64,000 bases of DNA from Owenia fusiformis (Eukaryota), in the NCBI GenBank assembly GCA_903813345.2, contig CAIIXF020000001.1:4712001-4776000 (forward strand). Direction: 5' to 3'. Shown here in pieces: positions 40,201-53,271 of this stretch; within the stretch, counting starts at the first letter, position 1; each line of letters starts with the position of its first letter. Made by a program: the position numbers and the translations under genes. The notes under the pieces are model-generated. The model made no database searches and was not told where the DNA came from. It saw only the letters and a list, made by a program, of their open reading frames with translations.

Positions 40201-40779
40201 AGGAAATGAAATAATCATGTTATTTTAAAGTTTTTTGAATGAAGTAAGATAACTGAGTTCTGCTTTGATCTTCAGTCAGTTGTAGTACTCCCATATATCA
40301 TTTACATGGCCAGGATCACAATGGTTATTGTCAAAATGACCTTTACCATCAAAATAGCTTTTTCAGCCCTAATAAAAAATATATATAACTTTTTCAGGAA
40401 ATGCCTTGCAAAAGTAGAATAGAGGACCAACAACAATGCCTTGACTCAACCTAGAACAGAAATTATGTTCAAATCCTCTGATGGAGAACACTAGGTAAAC
40501 TGTTTGTTTTCATGTAACTAACTGAAGTTGGTATACCATATATATCATCTAAGTTTTGATTTTAAAAAATGTATTGATAAATAAGCAAGAAATGAACTAT
40601 CTATGCATGTGTGTCATGAAAATGTTTCAGAGAAAAATGCATTTTAAAATTATATTCCTCGTAGAAGCAATATTTAAAACATAATATTTGCTTCTTTTCC
40701 TGAAACAGTAAGCTAATCAACATTGGATTATTTTGAAAGTTTAAGGAGACTATACTATTGGGTATATTGAAATTTACCA

Positions 40780-41286
40780 GGCAAGCTTTTGAACCAGGAG
40801 TCATAGGGGGGTTTTCTGTATTGATGTTGAACAGAAATAACTTAAAACAGGAATCCTATCGACAGAGGTTAGCTAGGAAATGGGCTAAAAGTGAATTTCG
40901 CGAGACACAAGTGACGGCCATTTTGAAAATAGGCGAGCTTTTGAACCAGGAGTCATAGGGGGGTTTTCTGTATTGATGTTGAAAAGAAATAACTTAAAAC
41001 AGGAATCCTATCGACAGAGGTTAGCTAGGAAATGGGCTAAAAGTGAATTTCGCGAGACAAAAGTGACGGCCATTTTGAAAATAGGCGAGCTTTTGAACCA
41101 GGAGTCATAGGGGGGTTTTCTGTATTGATGTGGAACAGAAATAACTTAAAACAGGAATCCTATCGACAGAGGTTTTAAAACGTGCCACTATTGTTGACGG
41201 ACAGACAGACAGACAGACGGACGGACGGACGGACAGACAGACGGACAAGTGAGTGATTGCAACAGCTCACCATGTGAGCTAATAAA
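40780..41286 (-). mobile_element. Helentron-type non-autonomous element (HINE-like) with 152-bp tandem repeats
   Basis: 152-bp unit x~2.6 (40785, 40937, 41089), (GACA/GACG)n microsatellite, terminal hairpin AGCTCACCATGTGAGCT followed by an A-tract. Confidence 0.7.
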
Positions 41287-42178
41287 AACATGATTATCTC
41301 ATCTGCATACATGTTGATAATTTAATATAAAATGGAATTCATCACAATTATGGCAATAATAAATGTGAACATTCTCCCACAAATTATATTTTTACTGGAA
41401 TGTCTTCTTGAATTATTACCCACAATGCAACATTTGAAGAGATATTATTTACTAGTAATATGTAGATTTCAAGTATGATATCACATTGACTGAATTTTGA
41501 AAACTTTGAATTGTGTAAATCAAGATTATTTCTAATAACTAGTCCATTGTTATATTGTCATATTGATTACAGAAAACATGATTTTTTCCTATCAAGTTTC
41601 TTATAATATAACATTAATATTCATGTATTTTTCTAATTTTTCAGATTTTTTTGTGTTGGCTGAAGATGTTCCCTGCCATAGGTGCAAAAATGACTGGCTT
41701 CAAAGGTTACTAGATACTTATCAACAATATCAAGCTCAGATTTACAACTTCACATGAATCAATCAACAAAAATGAAGGCGTAACGTTACACCATTCACCA
41801 TCACCTATTAATGGTACAGTTAAATCAACTTTGTCTGATCTGAAAAACTCAGTTCCTGATGAAACACAATGGAGATTTTAAGACCAGACCATGTCCATAA
41901 CAGCAGAGTATTGATAAGGTGAAAACAAAATGATACTGTGCAATGTTAACGAGATGCCAAGAACTATATACTCAAAATGATAACAATGAATGATAACACG
42001 ACTTTGATGTTGACATGAAAATTGAACTATAAAGAGAGTCAGTTAGCAGGGACAATTTGATTCTTCTGTCTTCCAACTCTTTGAGGTAATGATTTATGAT
42101 TCAAAATTAGATAAGGATATATTGGAAAATACTAATATTGGAAATATTCTGGAAAATACTATTTGCTGGAAAGATTTA

Positions 42179-42616
42179 TAGGCTGTCCCAAAAGTATGGG
42201 ACCCCCACAGGCAGAATGTACCAATGCCCCCATTGTCATATGTGATTTTAAAGCTTATCCAAAGTTACATTGATTTGCCAAGTATCATGTGTCAATTCCC
42301 AAATTGGAAAAAGGTTACAGATTTTTCAAAATTTACTTTCTGGCTACAGTTGAAGTTCAGTTTTACACTAAATTAGTAGTAGTGTGTCTTTCCTTGGCCA
42401 TGTTGCATTTTAAATCATCTTAAAACATTTTTAAGGAAATAAAGAGTTTCCATGGAGTATCTACCCTCACCTTGGCCAAACACTATTTGAGAGTTGAATC
42501 ATGATACTGGACAAGTCAATGTAATTCTTGATAACCTTCAAAATGTTATATAATACATACTGTGAAGGCATTGGTATATGTCTGCCTAGGGGGTCCCATA
42601 CTTTCTGGACACCCTG
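42179..42616. mobile_element. Tc1/mariner-type MITE
   Basis: TIR (C/T)AGG.TGTCC..AAAGTATGGGACCCC with TA on both sides. Confidence 0.75.
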
Positions 42617-43302
42617 TACACTGGTACATTGGTAAATAGTTTTTAAAATCTTAGTTTTTCATTTCAACCAAATTAATGATTATTTCTGCTTATCTAAAAT
42701 TTTGGTTGTCTATCCATTGAATCTGTGAGTTTTTGGCATGACCCCCCTCCTCACAGGGGCTGTGTTGAGAAAAAGGGTTAGAAATATGTCGCTGGAATTA
42801 TGAAATTATGATTTAAAAAAAATGTTAACTGTAATTTTTACATGTTTTTATTCTCATTTTCTGCTAAATCAGCATGCAACCTGGTGGATGGATGCCACAT
42901 ATATCTTGTCATTAAAATACCAAGGAAACAACCTATCAGTTATTTCACATGGCCTCCATTTTGAATTTTTAAATATATTTTGTCATCAAAATGTCTTCCA
43001 CTCATGGTATTCAATTTGAATTTGTACAACTTTGATGTACAACTTCAAAGTCTATAGCTGACGAACTTTCGGAACTCTGGAGGATAAAACTTCATACAAA
43101 TCGACTGGTGCTATGCTCATTGAGAGTGATATTTATTAGTTTTTGTCTTGTCCTATTATTTTCTGTTAAAAAGCTAGAACGAGATTCATGAAAACTGAAA
43201 TTTTGAGAATATCCTCATTCCAAAAACTTGGTCAAATGTAGCAAGTTTTAATGTCATTTGGTCAATTTTCAATTACACACTTCCTGTCTGTCTAGATCTA
43301 CA

Positions 43303-44246
43303 TTTATTATCCCATCGAAAGAAGTTCATTTTACGATTTTTGCTGTAACTCAAAATATAGTGGAGCGATTTTGTTCATATTTGGTATGTGAATACTATAA
43401 GCATTGCACACTGTCTAAAGACACTTTTGGTAGAAGGCGGCCATTTTGAAAAATGGCCGCAATTTTAACGTATTTTACTATAACTCAAAAAGTAGTGGAG
43501 CGATTTTTTTCATATTTGGTATGTGAATACTATAAGCATGGCACACTGTCCTATGAAATTTTTGGTAGAAGGCGGCCATTTTAAAAAAAAAATTTGAAAA
43601 ATGGCCCCCATTTTAACGTATTTTACTATAACTCGAAAAGTAGTGGAGCGATTTTGTTCATATTTGGTATGTGAAAACTATAAGCATGGCACACTGTCCT
43701 ATGACACTTTTGGTACAAGGCGGCCATTTTGAAAAATGGCCCCCATTTTAATGTATTTTACTATAACTCGAAAAGTAGTGGAGCAATTTTGTTCATATTT
43801 GGTATGTGAATACTATAAGCATGGCACATTGTCCTATGACACTTTTGGTAGAAGGCGGCCATTTTGAAAAATGGCCGCCATTTTAACGTATTCTACTAAA
43901 ACTCGAAAAGTATTGGAGCGATTTTGTTCATATTTGATATGTGAATACTTTAAGCATGGCACATTGTCTAATTAAACTTTGGGGAGTAGTCGGCCATTTT
44001 GAAAAATGGCCACCATTTTTATGTGTGTTATTTTACAAGTATGTGTGCGATTTTTCGAAAATTTTAGAGATGGCTACTTAAAAGCATATTAATTCTCCTG
44101 ATGACAACTTGGCTAGTGAGCAACCATTTTGAAAATGGTGGCCTTTCTGATGTGTTGTTTTATGATATTTGCATTCGTTTGTAAAAATGCCAGCCATTTC
44201 TGTTCGATGGGATTCGCTACGCTTTGGCATTGCCGTTGTTCTGGTT
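43303..44246 (+). mobile_element. HINE-like element with 135-bp tandem array
   Basis: Subterminal IR ATCCCATCGAA (43309) and TTCGATGGGAT (44203); ~5 copies of a 135-bp unit at 43345-44020. Confidence 0.7.
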
Positions 44247-47183
44247 TCTATCATGTCTATCTGTGTCTGAAATTGGGGCACACTTTAAAATCACTTCCCT
44301 ATGAATGATGATGAATTCGTTCCCTTATTGTATGGTTTAGAAGGTATCAATCAAGTTCTGCTATTTTGAACACATGCAATATTATATAAATTGTATTGAA
44401 TATCATGAAAATAAAGTGAATTATTGATAATATTTAAAATAATTATAACATCTGTCTGTGTCATATTTGTTGTTAGCATAATTTTTACAAAATTTGCAAT
44501 TATATCCCCAGCATGAAAACATTAAATATTGCATTATTAGAGCAAAAGTATGTACCAGGCATAATTCTGTTACAAATGCTAGGTATAACATTTTCAACAA
44601 ATGAGTATTCTCGATTTGAAGAACGAAGTTCATCACTCTAGCGTTACCCTGCTTTGCACAATTCTTTTACATTATTTAGGCTAGATTTGAATGTCTGCTT
44701 TTGAAAAGATTTAATTTGGGTGATATTTCAAATTTTTTCATATAAAAAAATAAATTATGAGTGCAGTAAACTGATGAACTTCTTTCTCCAAATCTAGACT
44801 AATTGTATTTTATTGAATCGGTCTACTCACTGCACGTAATACCCCTGCTTCGAACAATTGTGATATTTTTACATCTTGCAGAATTAAGTGTGTTCTTTTG
44901 AATATTCATGATTTAATTTGGGTGATATTTCTAAATTTTTCATTAAAAAATTATGAGCCCAAGAGACTGTTCTCCGTACGGCGACGTCTCCTTTTATTCC
45001 AGTCCAGGCATAAATTCTATGCTAAATTTTATATTCGAACACGAATGTATTCACGCCTTCTATAAAATGTAAACAAAGTCAACATTTCACGCGGAGTGTA
45101 TTCGACAATATTACCCCTGCTTTTCGGTCTATATTTCTTAATTATATTCTCATTCTCAAGCTACTATTTTTACCATTAGCAACCAATTAAAAACTTAGGC
45201 CTACAATGGAGTGATTGGATCAATATTTTTATGAATTAGACAATGGTTGCCTCAAGTTAGCCCCTTCAGTGATAAATGAAGAAATGTAACCTCTTGCAAT
45301 GATATACAAATGTCATTCATGTACATTATGAATATACTTTTCCATATATTATTGCCATTCCTTAAATTTATGCCCCAGCATTGAACATTCTCAGATTCCA
45401 ATTTCAATATAATATTCAGTTGAAAATCAAAATTAACGTTATTATTCTATATTTTCTGAGTTTTCTGATTTAGTTACATTTACCAATAGAATTTATATTT
45501 TCTATGGTAACCCATCATGATAAACAATGCCATCTCAAATCTTCTCAGCCCTGAGATGCCATGATATAATGAGCTTGATTTGGCGATCCAGGAGAGCCCA
45601 AATTTGAGGATTTTTGAGATCTTTCATCCCAGCTCATATTTCATCTAATTGGGGTCATTAAACTTGTGTAACTATGCCTGTTGTAATATCTGCTGTTAAA
45701 TACAATGCCTATTATGTAATGTATTGACATTAAGGTAGATGATTACATGATAACAATCACACTTATTGATAGTTTTAACTTTTCCCATCTGATTTGCTCA
45801 GATCACAGAATATGCCTCATAATATCAGAGCATGTTTCAGGTGAAACAGAAAGATGCTATGAGTATCAGAATGATGGTAACCGGGTACTACTAGATATAG
45901 TAATTGGTATGTTATAATTTGCCTTTTGGGTCACTGTACTCAGTGACCGGTATCATTGACCTCCTGTGGAATGTATTTGACAAGTACATGTAGTTCACTC
46001 TAGAATAGACATCAGGAGACGGTAAAGAGTCGATTAAATACAAATAATCGCGCGTGTTATGCAGTTTTAAGGTATGTGCAGTACCTATATGATATAGACT
46101 TTCTTTTAATCTCGTTGGTCAAGCGATTTACCAAGAACAAATCGGTTGAAGAGCTCACTAAACTCGTCGAATGTCAGAAGGAAAATCGCCATTCAGCTGA
46201 TTCCAAATCGAGTCAGCCCCGATAAGGACAGCTCATTTCAACTTAATGTCCAGCGAATCTGTCTAGTATAGATCCAGACACACTTATATGAAGGGACATA
46301 GACCACTCACGTCATAACTTATAAAGTTACACCTTGAAATCTGAAAATACATGTTACAAGTCGAAAACAACAGTTCAAACTGCCTACCGAACTAGTGTTT
46401 TTATTCGATTGTTTCAAGGGGTCTTCAAAATTCTCGCAATGAAAGTTCAAATTACCCTACTTATATTGAAGTTTGCGTGATCGAAACCTATTTAAATCGT
46501 AAAAAGAAACTATACTTTATGTCTCTGCCAAGTATAAAGTGTAAATATTCTGTAGTTTTTGCAGGATTAGAATATCTATTCGGGAAGTGGGGATTCTGGA
46601 CGTATGCCGAGAATTTTTAATCACCGGCGCGTAGTGATAATCGTGACGTCATATTTTGGTTTGGCCGCCCAGCTGTACAGAGTAAAGGAAGGTCAATAAA
46701 ACATTCTAATAAGTCCCTGACATTTACAATTTAGGAGTTACTTCAGAATCAAAGTCATTGAACTGCTTCAATTGTTACTGATTGACGCAGAATAGTTATA
46801 GCTGTTGCCGTTGCCAAAAATAATGAACTGAAATTTAATTTGACCTTCATATAGATATAAATCTCTAGAAAAACATAAAAAATGAAGTCACAACGCTTAT
46901 GTACTGGTATATCAGAAACTAAAATAAATTGAAGCTAATATTAAACATGCAGTTTAATTACACAGTCTGCATAAGCATAAGAAGCTATAAGCTTGAGTTA
47001 TTGCACAAACATAAATTCCAATATTTGCTTATAATACCTGAAAAGACGTGCAATTTAGTAAAGCCAAGTTTTGCAACAGAAGCCAAAAATTGTACCCTCT
47101 TCCTAAATATTCCATTATGAAAACCAAGTAGACCTGATGTCTTATGAGCTACTGGGTGAAAGTCACTTCCAAATCCACATTAC

Positions 47184-47348
47184 CTCAGTCTGTACATCTT
47201 CAGCTGGTGACTTGCTTTCAAAGCCAGGCTTAGGTATATTAGTCTTGGGTTTGATTTTAGCTGCAGGTAACCGGGAAGCCCTAATTGGGTCAATATCTCC
47301 AGAGGTGACACCTGGTGGAGGGATTTTAGGTTTCTGGCTTACAGGGGG
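47184..47348 (-). CDS. scrib: Scribble proline-rich exon
   Basis: aaacAG acceptor and GTAATG donor, 165 nt, phase 0/0: PPVSQKPKIPPPGVTSGDIDPIRASRLPAAKIKPKTNIPKPGFESKSPAEDVQTE. Confidence 0.85.
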
Positions 47349-49699
47349 CTGTTTAAAATAATAAAATATAAAAACTTCAAATCTAACTACTCTATTCTAG
47401 ACATTCAGAAGCTATGAATCTGTACAATCCCCAAATTATCCAGATAATTTTTTGACAGTTAAGATGCATTGTGGAATTAAACAGAGATAATTCTCGAATT
47501 CAGTTTTCAATGAAATATTATTCTAAAAATAATTTGCAAAAAACTAGGATCGCAAATATTCTCCCAAAGAAAATGTATCAATATTATTCTAGATTTAATT
47601 CTAGGATTGTACGAATTCAAAGCCTAAGGTCTACTACACAGACTAGAAAATCATGTAGTGAGATCATTACACAAGCTAGGGTCTGTGTATGAAGACCGAT
47701 TCATAGAATACCAAGTGTCTCTCGATGAATTGTAACCATATTATGCCAGTAGCAAATCCAAACAAACATTTTATTCATGAATCTGAAATATGTCACAATA
47801 TGATATTGTCATGATTTGCACATAAAAAGACATTGATCAGTGAAATCTCAGAATCTGATATTTGAGTCATTGTCAAGACAGATGCACGGATGGATGGACA
47901 GACATAGGGACGAATCAAATGGAGAGCTTCGCCATATCCCAACTCAGGCTTCATTCGGTGGGATATTAAGACTAGATCATAAGTTACCCCGTTGATTTCA
48001 AAATGAGGTGTCTTAACTTTTAATCACCTAGTAGACTACGGCCCACTCTGATAATTGTAACTCCTTCCTTACATGAAAGGTTACACATTCCAACCTATTT
48101 CAAACCATCTGTATGATTATACTGGACACTTTCTGGGTAGTTGGACTTTCTATAGGGGTGGCAGACGGCCCTCAGACCAATTTATACCCCTACCCCCAAA
48201 ACACCATGGGGGTACTTTAATACCACCCAATAAAAAGAATACTAATGTATGTCAGATATTCATTGTTTTATATTGGGTAGGGCATGTTATGGTTAGCTAG
48301 TGCCAGAAATTTCCAATCTCTAACTTATATGGTTACCATAGAAACAGTATTTATATCTCGAAATATTCTCAATTTGACCCCCTCCCAAATGTGTCCCTTT
48401 GTTCTCAAAGTGAAATATTTGCAAATCTGTTTGGATTTTATGGCTGCTACTTTGTCAAAAATTGTATCAATATGTATATTTTAACATTTAAACACTGAAA
48501 AGTGTTCATAATGATCCTATAAATCAATAATATTTATCAAATATAGTCACACATAGCTGCTTTCAGGGAAAAGTGGGCGTGGCACTTTTTGGTACGTGTG
48601 TACTTGTTGCAGCATTAAATGAAAAATACATATTATACTAACAACAATTGACATTTAATTAGCATCTACTTATGTTGTGTAACATTGTAATATGTTCATT
48701 ATCATTATTAGACACTTTAAATATTTTATATAAGTGTTATCCTGACCCTTCCCTTTATCCCTACACCCTTCAAGGTGGGCATTACCAATCGTGTCAAGTT
48801 AACATTTCTGTTTGATTTATTTTTACCATAGACAAGGTTCAAAAGCTTTACCATGAGTACTGACCTTATTAGGTGCTAAACTGATGAATGGATAGGTAGA
48901 TGGCAGCACTTGTGCTGGTTGGACTACACGCTAGCATCTACCATAGACACATATTAATTTACCATATTTGTTATTTTGGATTAAAGTAAAACTGCTTTCG
49001 CATCAAACTTAGTGAGATTCAGATTGTGTTTGAAACTAGATGATCTTCAGATTTTGTGTGAACCTTAAATTCATGACAATCAAAAGAATTCAACATTTAG
49101 GAAGTCAACATTAAGATTTTTAACATCATCTCAATGAGAATTTAGCACGACCTTAAGTTAAAGATCATAGAAAATTGAACATAATCAAAGTTCCTCAGTA
49201 GAACATTTAATCTCCTAAAATCACATTAAAACTATATCAGCAATATTTCCAAGCTAAATAGTATAAAAACTTCTATCACATCATTTGCAACGTTTTCATT
49301 ATTCAATAGTTCAACCCTATATGAATTATTGATGATTTTAAAAGTGCAAGGAATCTAAATGAATCAGGGAAGCCAGTGATATGTATTTGCCTTATTAATT
49401 GTTGACTTATACAATGAAATAGACTTAGATGCAAGTAGAAATGATCTTGCTTTACATCATAAAAAATTCAAAATTCAGTCAAATAAGTGATATCATATTT
49501 GAAATCTTCATGAAGAATTACATTTCTTCATGCAATAAGTTAACCTTTTAGAGAGTAGTTGTGACTAATGTAATCATGCACTTATATAATTTGTCAGTAA
49601 AAGTTATTTATCCTATACTTAGTGTTATAGGTAAATAAAATGCATGAATATAATTGATACTTAGGTGAGTGGGGATATACATGTACTGCATATCCCGCT

Positions 49700-51635
49700 T
49701 TATCCCATACTTGGTCGTGTTTCAGGTACATAAAGCAGGTTTTTAAAAACTTATATTTTCATCAGCGGGCAGATATAGCTTTACATTCTGTTGCGAGCAG
49801 GCAGATATAGTATATCTGCCCCCTCCGTCATAATCGCCCTTTCGGGATAGTTCCAATATCCTGAACCTCATATAGGATAATCTCTATGTATCGCCAGGTT
49901 TATCGTCTGCTCAGTAATCCCCTGCAGGAATTTCATTCTGTGCAATTTCTCATATTTTCGTATATTAGTATATGATAAATAATTTTGGGTACAAGATATA
50001 ACCCTTGGGAAATACAATATTCTACCCTCAACCCCTCTTGGAGGTATATTGTATTTCCCTCAGATATATTGTATTAATCCCTGTATTAAAAATTTCCCAT
50101 TAATTAAACCTCATATATAATTCACACTATTTTAAATATGAATCAAAACCATGAATTAGTGATATCCATGTTTCTAACGAAAGCATGAATTTGAAAGAAA
50201 CAAACATTCTACTCATATGGTATAAAGATATTACCAGTTGTATCCATTTTAGATTTGATTGAAGAACTTCATTAGAGGCAATTTTGAAATTACAATATAT
50301 TAAAAGAGGCTCTGTTGCTTAGATGGGAGAATATTCTACCCTCAACCCCTCTTGGAGGTATATTGTATTTCCCTCAGATATATTGTATTAATCCCTGTAT
50401 TAAAAATTTCCCATTAATTAAACCTCATATATAATTCACACTATTTTAAATATGAATCAAAACCATGAATTAGTGATATCCATGTTTCTAACGAAAGCAT
50501 GAATTTGAAAGAAACAAACATTCTACTCATATGGTATAAAGATATTACCAGTTGTATCCATTTTAGATTTGATTGAAGAACTTCATTAGAGGCAATTTTG
50601 AAATTACAATATATTAAAAGAGGCTCTGTTGCTTAGATGGGAGAATCAATTAGCTGCATTGTTCAGTTTATGACAAAATTGATGTTTAGTGTTACTTTCA
50701 TGAACACCCATCCTGTAAAATAGCATTTGGAATCTAGTAGTTTGTATATAGATGAATTAGATAAGGCATTGTCGAGGAAAAAATATCCAACAAGATTACT
50801 AATTTGCTCATGAAATTAGGCATACTTTAACTTGAAACAATTTGTAACACTCAATTTTTGGGGTTTGGAGATCGAAGTAATAATGATGAAAAACAAGCAA
50901 TTTTAAAATATTTATGTTTTACCCAAATTTTTAAAGATTTTTGTTAGCCTTTGTTTCGTCTGTTTTATTCTCAAATAAATCATGGTCACCAATTTTAAAA
51001 TTAAATATTACTGGTTAGAGAATGTGATTTCTTACTTTAGGTTATATTTATATCCCGATTTATATGTATAATAATAATTGATGAAGACAAATAGAGATTA
51101 TCCTCTATGAGGTTCGGGGTATTGGAATTATCCCGAGGCCAATATAATATATCTGGTCGAGGGTCGTAGGTCCCGAGGGAAGATATTTTCTATTGGCCAA
51201 AGGCCTTAGGTCCTGAGGGAAGATATATTATATTTGCCAAGGGATAATCCTAATAGCATGAACTGACTATAGGATTATCTGTTTATCCCATATCAATCTC
51301 TCTTATCTGGTTCACATTGTTCAATTGGCCAGAGTTAGAAAGAATACAACCACATGAATGTATTCATGACTAATTTTGTTTTCTTGGCCTTAGGAGGATT
51401 CTCCTGTTTTTTAAGTATTCATCCACATATTCTCGAATCATTGATTATTAACATATGTATTAAGTATGCTACTTCCTTCATTGCTAATCATACACAAATG
51501 ATGATTATGACTTAGTGGGCAGGTGTAATTTATCTGCCCTCTCAGGCAGGGACATTAGCTATATCTGCCCGCTGATGAAAATATAAGTATTTATAAACCT
51601 GCTATATGTATCTGAAACATATCCAAGTATGGGAC
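49700..51635. mobile_element. Nested inverted-repeat element(s) inside the long-TIR element, possibly Crypton-like
   Basis: Inverted pairs ~49703-49780/51558-51633 and ~49843-49886/51092-51135; CCGAGG-rich stem motifs at 51130-51250. Family call is from recalled pattern only. Confidence 0.45.
50016..50646. repeat. 314-bp direct tandem duplication inside the long-TIR element (also at 55256-55886)
   Basis: AATATTCTACCCTCAACC starts at 50016 and 50330; 3-bp AAT microhomology at the ends. Confidence 0.9.
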
Positions 51636-53271
51636 AAATGTATCCACTTTGATTTCATACACTAAACCGATTTGTTTAGGAATTATATGAAGTATTTCAA
51701 AAACATATACCGAACCACTATTGAAGGAATCATTGAAAATACAGCATATCAGAAACATGTGTAAATTGTTTATCTTGCAATTATTTTGCTAAATACTAAT
51801 AGAAATTATACTGTACCTTCCAGAGGATAGCTTTTTTGTTAACTATGAGCCAATGAATGAATGAATGCATTTTATTATAACTGCAAAATGATGCTCTATG
51901 CAATTCATACGAAAAATTAATTTTGCCATATTAGAATCAAGTATAATCTTTAATCCATTTGATAGATAGATCATGCATTGCCTGATGTTGAGGTATTGAT
52001 AAAAGAATCAGCAAGTGTCTGACAAAATAGATTTTAGTGTTGTGTATTAGGCAAAATATTAGGAAGGGTATAAATGGTCTCCAATCTTTCTAGTTTTGAG
52101 TATTATGTCTTGTTGCTTTGATTCAAATTATCCTCGGTCACTATTTGTAACCCCTCCCTCCTTCCCCATTTAGGCCATGGATATGAAGATGTTTTAGAGG
52201 TTATGTGAAGGATACCAGGGAAGGGTTAATAGCCAGAGTTAAATTAGTTCATTTAATCATAAATGTTATGCAATTCACACTAGCATCAAATATCATACCA
52301 AAAGGATTGAACTGTTCATTACTTTTCAATTGCAGTAAACATGGTAAAATGGTTCTTAATATTGAACATTGTTGAACAAGCATAGATGACTTGAATAGCT
52401 CTAGATGACTTGAACTTATCCATTCATATTCTAGGAACAAGTCAATGAATAAGTAAGACTTGACTCTTGAAAGGCTTAAAAGACCGAGGACCCTATAAGA
52501 CTTAAACTAAAAGTTCATTTGACCATTGATGACCTATGATAGGGAAGGGTCAGGATAACACTTATATAAAATATTTAAAGTGTCTAATAATGATAATGAA
52601 CATATTACAATGTTACACAACATTAGTAGATGCTAATTAAATGTCAATTATTGTTAGGGTAATCTGCATTTTTCATTTAATGCTGCAACAAGCGCACAAG
52701 TACCAAAAAGTGCCACGCCCACTTTTCCCTGAAAGCAGCTATGTGTGACTATATTTGATAAATATTATTGATTTATAGGATCATTATATCAACTTTTAAG
52801 TGTTTTAGTGTTAATATAGACATAATATTACAAATTTTGACAAAGTAGCAGCCATAAAATCCAAACAGATTTTGAAATATTTCACTTAGAGAACAAAGGG
52901 ACACATTTGGGAGGGGGTCAAATTGAGAATATTTCGAGATATAAATACTGTTTCTATGGTAACCATATAAGTTAGAGATTGGAAATTTCTGGCACTTATT
53001 AACCATAACATGCCCTACCCAATATAAAACAATGAATATCTGACATGCATTAGTATTCTTTTTATTGGGTGGTATTAAAGTACCCCCATGGTTTTTTGGG
53101 GGTAGGGGTATTAATTGGTCTGAGGGCCGTCTGCCACCCCTATAGAAAGTCCAACTACCCAGAAAGTGTCCAGTATAATCATACAGATGGTTTGAAATAG
53201 GTTGGAATGTGTAACCTTTCATGTAAGGAAGGTTGCATTTCTAGAGCGCTTCTACAGAATGGCTTACAGTC

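Larger units (their letters stand above)
37720..46675. mobile_element. ~9-kb non-autonomous TIR element with nested insertions in a scrib intron
   Basis: 18-bp TIR CAGCTGGGC(A/G)GCCAAACC at both ends (1 mismatch); TAC immediately outside both ends; CpG-rich terminal regions. Confidence 0.65.
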
